In this document: positions 1 to 7,280 of the stretch, in pieces
Layout of the letters: every line of letters begins with the position of its first letter
How positions within the stretch are numbered: the stretch's first letter is position 1
Assembly (NCBI GenBank): GCA_041389925.1
Contig: JAWKQX010000006.1
Coordinates: 151,837 to 215,836, forward strand
Direction: 5' to 3'
DNA length: 64,000 nucleotides
From: Kofleriaceae bacterium
GTDB taxonomy: Bacteria > Myxococcota_A > Polyangia > Haliangiales > Haliangiaceae
Program-made: the position numbers and the translations under genes
The notes under the pieces: model-generated
The model's database searches: none
What the model saw: only the letters and a program-made list of their open reading frames with translations
Told to the model about the DNA's origin: nothing

Positions 1-4
1 GGCG

Positions 5-364
5 TCAGTAGGCGCCGCCCTCGAGCTTGATCCGCTCGAGCAGCGCGCTCAGCGCGGCGCGGGACTCGGGGTCGGCCTCGAGGATGCGCACGCCGAAGCC
101 GGTCGGAAACTCCTCGGCCTCGGCGCTCCCGGCCTCCACCACGCGGACCACGAGCGCCTTGCAGCGTACGGTTTGGTCATAGCCAAAGAGCTCCAGCGCC
201 AACGTGGAGCCGACGCGAAACGGATAGGCACGCGTCACCTTCGTATACAGGAACACGCCATGCTCGGAGACATCGCGCGTGCGAAAGACCAGCTCGTGGC
301 CGTCGCCGTGCACCTTGACGAAGGCGTCGACAGGGACTCGCTCGGCACGCCGTGCATTTGCCAT
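5..364 (-). CDS. PilZ domain protein (c-di-GMP receptor), 119 aa; start is the internal ATG of a 460-aa artefact ORF
   Basis: C-terminal 119 aa of ORF 5..1387(-) carry the PilZ RxxxR (RRAER) and DxSxxG (DVSEHG) motifs. The upstream part of the ORF is Arg/Pro-rich junk antisense to the 621..3314 gene. The ATG at 364..362 was checked in the sequence. Confidence 0.6.
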   Translation of the reverse strand: MANARRAERVPVDAFVKVHGDGHELVFRTRDVSEHGVFLYTKVTRAYPFRVGSTLALELFGYDQTVRCKALVVRVVEAGSAEAEEFPTGFGVRILEADPESRAALSALLERIKLEGGAY

Positions 365-620
365 CGGTGCGCATCGTACTCGCGCGTCGCCAGGGCGTCG
401 ACCTCCGGGCGGCGCCGCGCCGCGCGGCTCCAACGGGCCGCCCAAGCAAGGAGGTTGGCCTTCCGGCAGGGCCTCGCACCCGGGCGGGGCCGGTGCGGGG
501 AGATGTACGTCCGGGGTTCGCCGATGGACCGTGGGTGCCCTCACGGATTCGATAGGAAACCTCTCGCGGCGCTGGCCACGGCATGCCAGAGAGGGCAAGA
601 TCACCACGGTCCCACCAAGT

Positions 621-3314
621 ATGGATGTTCGCTGCGAGAAGTGTTCAGCCGAGTATGAACTCGAGGAATCTCGCCTGAAGCCGGGCGGGGTGACCGTCAA
701 GTGCACCAACTGCAACCACACGTTCAAGGTCCGCAAGGCCTCGGCGCCTGGTCCGGTGGTCTCCACGATGGCCGGCTTGCCGCAGGGCAAGCCTCCGGCC
801 GCGCGGTCCAGCACCGAGGGCGCCAGCGGGGAGCGCCAGTGGTTGTTGCGGCTGGAGAACGGTGAGACGCGGAGCTGTCGAGAGCTCGCGACCCTGCAGC
901 AGTGGATCATCGCCGGCGAGGTCACGCGCGACGCGCTGATCTCGCGCTCGGGCAAGACCTGGAAGCTCCTCGGCGACATCGTCGAGCTGGGCACGTACTT
1001 CACGATCGCGGAGGAGGCGCGCACCGAGCGCGCCCGTCGCGAGTCGATCAAGCAGACGCCCAAGAAGGCCAAGCCGGAGGAGCCGCGCAGCACGCTCGTG
1101 GGCGTGGGCATCGTCACCTCGGGGGCCATGGCGCTCGGCGACCTCGATGACGAGGAGGTTGGTGACAACGACCCGACCACGGCGCGTCGGCTGGTCGTCG
1201 ACGGGCCGAGCACGGCGCCGATGCGCATCGCGGATCCGGAGCCGATCGGGCGCACGACCGCGCCCCACGCCGCCGGCGCGGAGCCGGTCTCCGCAGCCGG
1301 CAAGGCGAGCCCAACTGGCGCGCCGATGTCGCGGCCAGCCGCGACGCCGCCGGGCTCGTCGAGCTCATCGGGCGCGATGGCCCCCATGCCGCCGGGCTGG
1401 GGCCCGACGAGCCCATCCTTTCAGCCCGCGTCCCAGCCCGTGGTTCAGCCGGCGTCGCAGTCGGCCTCGCAGGCGGCCTCGCAGCCGGCGTCGCAGCCGG
1501 CCTCGCAGCCGGCCTCGCAGCCTCTGGCCCAGTCCACCACCACCGCCGCCACCGTCGCGCTCGGCCCGAGCGCAGGCGCGTCGTCGAGCAGGGCGGGCTC
1601 GGCGGCGAGCGCCGGGGGGCCTGCCGTCCCTGCGGGGCAAGCGTCGATCCCCTGGGTCGGGCCGCGCGGCGCCGCGGCGGCCACCGGACCGGGGCCCAGC
1701 GCCGGTCCCGTCCATGGCCGCTTCCAGCAGGCCGTGGTGGACGAGCCCGCCTTCGCGGGCGGCGTCGGCCCGCGCAGCCCTGGGGCGGTCAGCATGCCGT
1801 TCACCGGCGCCGCGCGTGACACCGGCGCGACGCTGCCAGACAGCCTGGCCGGCGCCGGCCGCTTCGCCCCCGACGAAGATCGCGGCCCCGACGTCGCGCC
1901 GCGCGGCTCGCGCGCGGGCCTGGTGATCGCCATCGCCTCGCTGGTGGTGATCGCCGCCGGCTTCGCGGTCGTCTACTTCCTCGTCATCCGCGCGCCGGCG
2001 AGCGCCGTCGTGCCGCGGCCGGCGACGGAGGACGCCGGCGTCGACGCAAGTACCATGGCGCTCGCGACCGACGCCGCCGCGCCGACGCCCATCGACGCCG
2101 CCGCGGCGACGCCCGCGCCGCTGGAGGCCGCGCTCACCGAGCTGGCGGGCAACGTCGAGAGCCGGATGCGCGTCGCGCTGACGTCGCTGAGCGAGTCGGA
2201 CCAAAAGGATGAGCCGTCGGTGCTGGCGATGCGCGCCCGGCTGTCGCTGGCGATCGCGCAGTCCCTCGAAGATCGCGCCGCGCTCCTGCCGTCCACGGAG
2301 CGCAGCGCCGCGAGCAAGCTTCGCCAGGAGAGCAAGGCCGCGGTGCTCGCCGCCATCCCCTGGGCGCAGCGCGCGCTCAAGGCGGCCGTCGGCGACGGCG
2401 CCGCGAACCTGGCGATGGCGGACCTGCTCCGTCTACAGGGCAAGTCGGCGCGCGATCAGCGGCGCTACCTGGACGCCGCGCGGGCCTCTTCGCCCGGCGC
2501 CGTCGAGCTGGCCCTCATCGAGGGCCTCTCGCTGGCGCGCGACGGCAAGCTCGGCGACGCACGCGCGCGGTGGGCCGCGGCGGACGCGGGCGAGGTGCGG
2601 CTGGAGCAGAGCGGCGATGTCCGCTTGCGCATGCGCGTCGCGCTGGGCGCCTTCGCGGACGGCAAGGCGGTGGAGTCGCGCGCCGCGGTGGACGCGGTGC
2701 TCGCGGCGCAGCCGGAGCACGAGGTCGCCAAGGCCCTCGTCGACCGCCTGGACCACGCCGTCACCGACACCGATCCGCTGCCGCCGGAGGAGGGCAACAC
2801 GGGCGCCGAGGACACCGGCAGCACCGCGGCCAGCTCGTCGGACTCGTACGACAAGCTCGTGCAGAAGGGCAACCGCATGGCGGAGAAGTCCTGCACCAAG
2901 GCCATCGCGCTCTACCAGGCCGCGCTGGACAAGCAGCCGACCGGCGTCGAGGCCCTGGTCGGCATGGGCTACTGCCACATCGACACCAAGCAGTTCTCCA
3001 GCGCCAACTCGCGCTTCCGCACCGTGCTCGCGCTGCATTCCAAGAACGAGCGCGCGCTGTGGGGCATCGCGCAGGCGTATCAGGAGCAAGGCCTCAAGGC
3101 GCAGGCGATCGAGGCGTACCAGCGGTACCTGGAGGTCTTCCCCGGCTCGGCGCCGGCCAAGCGCCAGCTCGATCGGCTCGGCGCCGGCGCCGAGGAGCCC
3201 TCCGCCCCGAGCGGCGCGGGCGAGCCGGAGGGGACCAGCCCGCCGCCTGCTCCAGCTCCGACGCCCGCGCCCGAGGAGCCCGCGCCCTCGTCCGAGCCCG
3301 TGACCGAGCCGTAG
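621..3314 (+). CDS. MJ0042-type zinc-ribbon / single-pass membrane / C-terminal TPR-repeat protein (about 897 aa)
   Basis: Starts MDVRCEKCSAEYELEE...VKCTNCNHTF (CxxC...CxxC zinc ribbon). Long Ala/Pro/Ser/Gln-rich linker, then a TM helix (LVIAIASLVVIAAGFAVVYFLVI), then TPR-like repeats (AIALYQAALD..., AQAYQEQGL..AIEAYQRYLE). ATG at 621 sits inside the longer 279..3314 ORF. Confidence 0.7.
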   Translation: MDVRCEKCSAEYELEESRLKPGGVTVKCTNCNHTFKVRKASAPGPVVSTMAGLPQGKPPAARSSTEGASGERQWLLRLENGETRSCRELATLQQWIIAGEVTRDALISRSGKTWKLLGDIVELGTYFTIAEEARTERARRESIKQTPKKAKPEEPRSTLVGVGIVTSGAMALGDLDDEEVGDNDPTTARRLVVDGPSTAPMRIADPEPIGRTTAPHAAGAEPVSAAGKASPTGAPMSRPAATPPGSSSSSGAMAPMPPGWGPTSPSFQPASQPVVQPASQSASQAASQPASQPASQPASQPLAQSTTTAATVALGPSAGASSSRAGSAASAGGPAVPAGQASIPWVGPRGAAAATGPGPSAGPVHGRFQQAVVDEPAFAGGVGPRSPGAVSMPFTGAARDTGATLPDSLAGAGRFAPDEDRGPDVAPRGSRAGLVIAIASLVVIAAGFAVVYFLVIRAPASAVVPRPATEDAGVDASTMALATDAAAPTPIDAAAATPAPLEAALTELAGNVESRMRVALTSLSESDQKDEPSVLAMRARLSLAIAQSLEDRAALLPSTERSAASKLRQESKAAVLAAIPWAQRALKAAVGDGAANLAMADLLRLQGKSARDQRRYLDAARASSPGAVELALIEGLSLARDGKLGDARARWAAADAGEVRLEQSGDVRLRMRVALGAFADGKAVESRAAVDAVLAAQPEHEVAKALVDRLDHAVTDTDPLPPEEGNTGAEDTGSTAASSSDSYDKLVQKGNRMAEKSCTKAIALYQAALDKQPTGVEALVGMGYCHIDTKQFSSANSRFRTVLALHSKNERALWGIAQAYQEQGLKAQAIEAYQRYLEVFPGSAPAKRQLDRLGAGAEEPSAPSGAGEPEGTSPPPAPAPTPAPEEPAPSSEPVTEP

Positions 3315-3350
3315 CGGCGGTCGACGCCGCTCGAGGCCGCGCCTGCTCGA

Positions 3351-3375
3351 GGGTCGCGCTCCACCTGCGCGACCC
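3351..3375. terminator. perfect 9-bp stem-loop (gggtcgcgc-tccacct-gcgcgaccc) between convergent genes, candidate bidirectional terminator
   Basis: Inverted repeat read directly. It lies in the 95-bp gap between the stop of the + gene (3314) and the stop of the - gene (3410). No clean U-tract, which is common in high-GC genomes. Confidence 0.35.
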
Positions 3376-3409
3376 GCGCGATCTTGTCAGGTCGCCGGCG
3401 TGGCGCGGG

Positions 3410-4192
3410 TCAGCGCTTGCCCGACTTGCGCGGCGCGCGTCGGGGCGCCGGCTCGGCGTCCTCGGCGTCCTCGGCGTCCTCGGCGCCCTTCGCCGGACAG
3501 CGCAGCGCCACGTGCGTGAGCCGCCCCTTGGCCGCGGCGCCGGCGACGATCTCATAGCGGAGGGACCCCTGCGACTTCGGGCAGAACTCCACCTGCGGAT
3601 CGCCGGTGGAAGGCGACTTGGCCACCTGCTTGCCGTCGAGATCGAACACCCGCAAGGTGAGCGACGAGTGCCCGGGGCCGCCCGCGGCGACGATCCGCAG
3701 GCAGCCTTCCCCTTCCAGGCGCACCAGCCTCGACACGGTCCCGCTGGTGTACTCCGACGTCGGCGCCCCGAGAGGCTGACATCCTCGCTCGCCGAGCTGG
3801 GTCGCCACGATCGCGACGCGATCCGCGCCCGCGCCGCCAAAGCCCAGCCGGGCCGGCAGATCGAACACGGTGATCGAGATGATCACCGGCGCGGCCAGCA
3901 TGCTGAGCAGGGTCATCACCCGCCCCCAGCGCACCTCGCTGCGGCGCGCCTTGCGGTCCTCGCGCTCGCGACGGCGTTCGTGCGCGTCACGTTCGCGCTG
4001 AAGGTGGGCCGCCACCTCGGCCACGCGCTGCTCGCGCTCCTCGCGCCTCTGCGCCAGCCACGCCTGCTGGCGCGCGGCGAAGTCCGGCACCTGCAGCACC
4101 GCGCCGCAGTAGGAGCACTTCATCGTGCTGGCCTCCAGCGCCTCGGGGACCAGGATGGTGGCGTGACACTCGTTGCAGCGGATCATCGACAC
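3410..4192 (-). CDS. zinc-ribbon membrane protein (N-terminal CxxC..CxxC, one TM, periplasmic domain), last gene of a three-gene operon
   Basis: MSMIRCNECHATILVPE...CSYCGAV zinc ribbon, Arg/Glu-rich coiled stretch, TM (LLSMLAAPVIISITVF), then a globular region. The C-terminus EDAEDAEDAE is encoded by a 9-bp tandem repeat (gtcctcggc x3) at 3461-3490. Confidence 0.65.
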   Translation of the reverse strand: MSMIRCNECHATILVPEALEASTMKCSYCGAVLQVPDFAARQQAWLAQRREEREQRVAEVAAHLQRERDAHERRREREDRKARRSEVRWGRVMTLLSMLAAPVIISITVFDLPARLGFGGAGADRVAIVATQLGERGCQPLGAPTSEYTSGTVSRLVRLEGEGCLRIVAAGGPGHSSLTLRVFDLDGKQVAKSPSTGDPQVEFCPKSQGSLRYEIVAGAAAKGRLTHVALRCPAKGAEDAEDAEDAEPAPRRAPRKSGKR

Positions 4193-4295
4193 GGTGGTCT
4201 ACTTTCGCAAGACAGGTTGACGGATCGCAAGCGCGGGGCGACGACCGCCCACGCGCGACGCGCGGTCGCCCACGCGAGACGCGAGCGATGCGTGC

Positions 4296-5102
4296 TCAGA
4301 TCGCGCGCGGGCGTCCGGCGGCCACCCACGCCTCTTCCTGATCCGCGGTGAACTGGTACCACTGCTCCATGCGCTTGCGGACCTCGAGCTCCGGATCGCG
4401 TGCGAGCTCGGGCTCGAACCACGCCCGCGACGCCAGGTAGCGGCGCCAGTACGCGATCTGCGCGGCCTCGCTCGCCTTGAGCAGCGCCAGCGGGCACGGC
4501 GAGCGCGCGCCGCGGCACGCGCGGTCGGCCGCGCGCATCGCCGCGGCCTCTTGCCCCGCCGCCTCGTGCGAGACCGGGTGCGTCCCGATCGCGCCCGCCG
4601 ACTTCATCAGGTCGCCGGGGTCGTAGCGCACCGCCGCGCCACAGGAAGGACACGCGAGGTCCACCAGGCGGAACGTGTGCGGTGCCTGATGATGCGCGCC
4701 GCACGCAGCGCACGCCAGCGGGGGCAGCGCCGCGGCCGCCACCTGGTAGCGCGCCCGCGCGAGCTCGGCGAGCAGGGTGATCTCCACCGCGTCACGCGCG
4801 TCCTCCAGCTCGTGCCCCAGGGCGATGCCCTTGTGGCACGCCGCGTCGCGCGCCTCCACCGGGTTGCCCTCGTCGAGGATCGCGTCATCCACCTGGGCGT
4901 GCCAGGTGTCCATGATCTTCGACTCCAGCTCCTGCAGGCGGTGCTTGATCGCGCCCAGCCGATGCGACATCGGCAGGTAGTCGCCGCCCGCCGCGATGGA
5001 CGCGATGAACGCGCGCTCCGCCGCCAGCGCCTCGGCGCGCACCTGCTCGTGGCGCCCCTTGATCTGGGCCAGGAACGCGTCCCAGCGGGCCAGCGCCGAC
5101 AT
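4296..5102 (-). CDS. hypothetical zinc-ribbon protein (268 aa)
   Basis: Real start is the internal ATG at 5102..5100 of ORF 4296..5615(-). It overlaps the upstream gene's stop as TGATG (read on the - strand). Contains LACAACGAHH...LACPSCGAAV (CxxC-x17-CxxC). The N-terminal 171 aa of the ORF are Arg-rich artefact. Confidence 0.6.
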   Translation of the reverse strand: MSALARWDAFLAQIKGRHEQVRAEALAAERAFIASIAAGGDYLPMSHRLGAIKHRLQELESKIMDTWHAQVDDAILDEGNPVEARDAACHKGIALGHELEDARDAVEITLLAELARARYQVAAAALPPLACAACGAHHQAPHTFRLVDLACPSCGAAVRYDPGDLMKSAGAIGTHPVSHEAAGQEAAAMRAADRACRGARSPCPLALLKASEAAQIAYWRRYLASRAWFEPELARDPELEVRKRMEQWYQFTADQEEAWVAAGRPRAI

Positions 5103-6157
5103 CAGAACTTGATGTCGACGTCGGTGGTGACGCCGGGGTACTTGGCCGCGAACTTCGCCTTGACCGCCTCGTGCATGGCGTTGAACTGCTGCCAGTTGCG
5201 CTGCACCGTGCGGTTCATGTAGTAGCCCATGAACGCCGACAGATCGGTCCAGTCCACGACGGTGAGGCCGCAGCCCTTGAGGACCTCGATCGGATCGCGG
5301 CCCTGCTTGGAGCCGTAGTCCTGCTCGTAGAGGATCTCCCAGTACTGCTCGATCGTCATCGGCGGCTCCATCGAGAGCTCGCGATTGGCGGCGCGCGCGG
5401 CATTGGCCTCGCGGGCGTAGTCGCCGTACTTGCCCTGCGACGCGGCCTGGAAGGCGTTGCCGTACACCGTGGTGATCGCGAAGGTGGTGTCGCGCGCCAT
5501 GCGCGCGTTCCACTCGCCGGAGACGCGCTCCCAGCGCGCGGGATCGATGCCGTTGCTGCGCAGCAGGTCCTCGTGGTTCATGCCGCTGGCGATCGCCGCG
5601 TTCATCGCGGCCCACTTCTCCAGCGAGATCCCCTCGACCGGGTTGAGCTCACCGGACGCGGCCGCGCGCTGCGTCTGCTGCTGCTGGTGGCGCTGCATCT
5701 GCCCCATGCTCCAGTTGACCTGCCGCTGCGAGACCTCCTCGATCGAGCCGTACTTGCGCGCGAGCACGGAGAAGACCGAGTCGCGCACCGTCTGCCAGTG
5801 CATGCGATCGCGGATGCCGAAGCGCTGCATGATCTCGGCGCGGCTCTCGTCGGTGCCGCCGAACATGCCCTCGGACTCCATGTGCCTCATCGCGTCGAAG
5901 AACGTCTCCTCGTCCTCGGGGTTGAAGCCGGCGAGATCGAACGCCTCCTCGCTCGAGTCCTCCTCCTCCTCGGCCTGGTGCTGCTCGGGGGCGCCGTATG
6001 CATGCGCGTGGCCCGGATGCCCGTGGCCCGGGTGGCCGGGGTGCTGGCCGGGATGCCCATGACCGGGGTGGCCGTGCTGGCCCACCTGGTTCATCGCTTG
6101 CTCGGCCCTTGCCTTCGCGCCACCAAACAAGTTCTTCAACGTATCGAGAAAGCCCAT
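5102..6157 (-). CDS. hypothetical protein with N-terminal His/Pro/Gly repeat (GHPGHGHPGQHPGHPGHGHPGHAHA) and acidic stretch, 351 aa
   Basis: Normal amino-acid composition. GGAGA Shine-Dalgarno 6 nt upstream of ATG 6157 (read on - strand). Translationally coupled to the downstream gene through an ATGA overlap. The His-rich repeat is a candidate metal-binding tail. Confidence 0.7.
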   Translation of the reverse strand: MGFLDTLKNLFGGAKARAEQAMNQVGQHGHPGHGHPGQHPGHPGHGHPGHAHAYGAPEQHQAEEEEDSSEEAFDLAGFNPEDEETFFDAMRHMESEGMFGGTDESRAEIMQRFGIRDRMHWQTVRDSVFSVLARKYGSIEEVSQRQVNWSMGQMQRHQQQQTQRAAASGELNPVEGISLEKWAAMNAAIASGMNHEDLLRSNGIDPARWERVSGEWNARMARDTTFAITTVYGNAFQAASQGKYGDYAREANAARAANRELSMEPPMTIEQYWEILYEQDYGSKQGRDPIEVLKGCGLTVVDWTDLSAFMGYYMNRTVQRNWQQFNAMHEAVKAKFAAKYPGVTTDVDIKF

Positions 6158-6292
6158 GCGTGTTCTCCAGCGGGGAAAAAGTGCACTCGGAGGGTGTCAC
6201 AAGCGGACGCCTCGACGCCTCGAGAAAGGCGTCAAATTGTATATTGCGGCACCGAATTTATGCAGCTACGAAAATCGACTAAGGGGTGACAT

Positions 6293-7072
6293 TCAGAAGG
6301 CTAGCGAGAGCGCCGACTGCAACGCGGTGTCGGTGCGGTTTGTTCCATCCGGTGGCCGCGAGTCGTGCCCCAGGGTGAAGGCGGTCTTGTACGAGATCGA
6401 GGAGGACAGCGCAACGGTGAGACCTGCCTCGATGAGCACACGCAGATCTCGCGGGGCATCCAGGCGCGGCTGCACATATGCGGTCGCGTGGACGCGCACC
6501 TTCGGGTCCCGGGCATAGGCACCGGTGACGTAGCTCGAGACCCGGTGCGCCGCGCTGCCGCGGCCGCTGTCGGCGCCGCCGTCATCGGGGCGCAGCTCGT
6601 ACTCGAACATGTACGCCACGCCGACGTGCGCGGTGAGCTCGTCGGCGGACGCCACCGTGAGCCGCGGCCCGGCGCCGGCCAGCGCGCGCAGCCGCAGGCG
6701 GCGAAACTCGTCGGCCTCGTTCTGCGCGAACACCTCCGCGGTCCAGCGCGGCGACGCCGACCAGCGGTAGCGCACGTGCTCGAACGTCTTGGAGAGGTAC
6801 TTCGTCAGCGGGGAGCCGCTCTGGCCGTAGTCCCCCCGCACGATCGCGAACCCGCGGTGCGGGCCGCAGGCGTACTGCAGCGCGGCCGCGGCGCCGACGC
6901 GGAGCAGCCGCGTGTTGCCGGTGCGCCAATCGCCGGACGCCTCCACCTTGCCGGACACGCCGGGCTCGGGCTCGTCCTCGAGCAACGCCTGGACATTCAC
7001 GATCTGCGCCGAAGCCACGCGTGCCAGTCCGAGCAACGCGACGACGCACCCCCCCATCAGTCGAGGCCTCAT
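6293..7072 (-). CDS. outer-membrane beta-barrel protein (signal peptide, C-terminal Phe), 259 aa
   Basis: Internal start MRPRLMGGCVVALLGLARVASAQ (signal peptide). Alternating amphipathic strands and terminal ...ALSLAF typical of OMP beta-barrels. ATG 7072..7070 verified. Confidence 0.6.
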   Translation of the reverse strand: MRPRLMGGCVVALLGLARVASAQIVNVQALLEDEPEPGVSGKVEASGDWRTGNTRLLRVGAAAALQYACGPHRGFAIVRGDYGQSGSPLTKYLSKTFEHVRYRWSASPRWTAEVFAQNEADEFRRLRLRALAGAGPRLTVASADELTAHVGVAYMFEYELRPDDGGADSGRGSAAHRVSSYVTGAYARDPKVRVHATAYVQPRLDAPRDLRVLIEAGLTVALSSSISYKTAFTLGHDSRPPDGTNRTDTALQSALSLAF

Positions 7073-7280
7073 CGCCCCGTCGTACCGTCGGAACGCGGCG
7101 GGGTCAACCGCGCGCCGGCGGCAACGCTCGAGGGAGCGCGGTCCGTGGCGCGCGGTCGGCGGCGCGCGGTGCGCGTCGGCTCGGACGACGCGCTCGCACG
7201 AGGCCGGCGCGAGGATCTCCCAGCGGTCCAGGGCCACGCGGTCCCATGGCCGCGGCGGGATCCGCTATGGTGCCGATCCG

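Noticed and set aside
6214-6233. hairpin gacgcct-cgagaa-aggcgtc in the AT-rich gap at 6.2 kb
   Set aside because: Real inverted repeat but with no adjacent U-tract on either strand. Possibly part of a promoter or operator. Not enough to call a feature.
6156-6518. 120-aa plus ORF spanning the AT-rich gap and the OMP gene end
   Set aside because: Crosses an intergenic AT-rich promoter region, is antisense to the OMP gene, and has no RBS.
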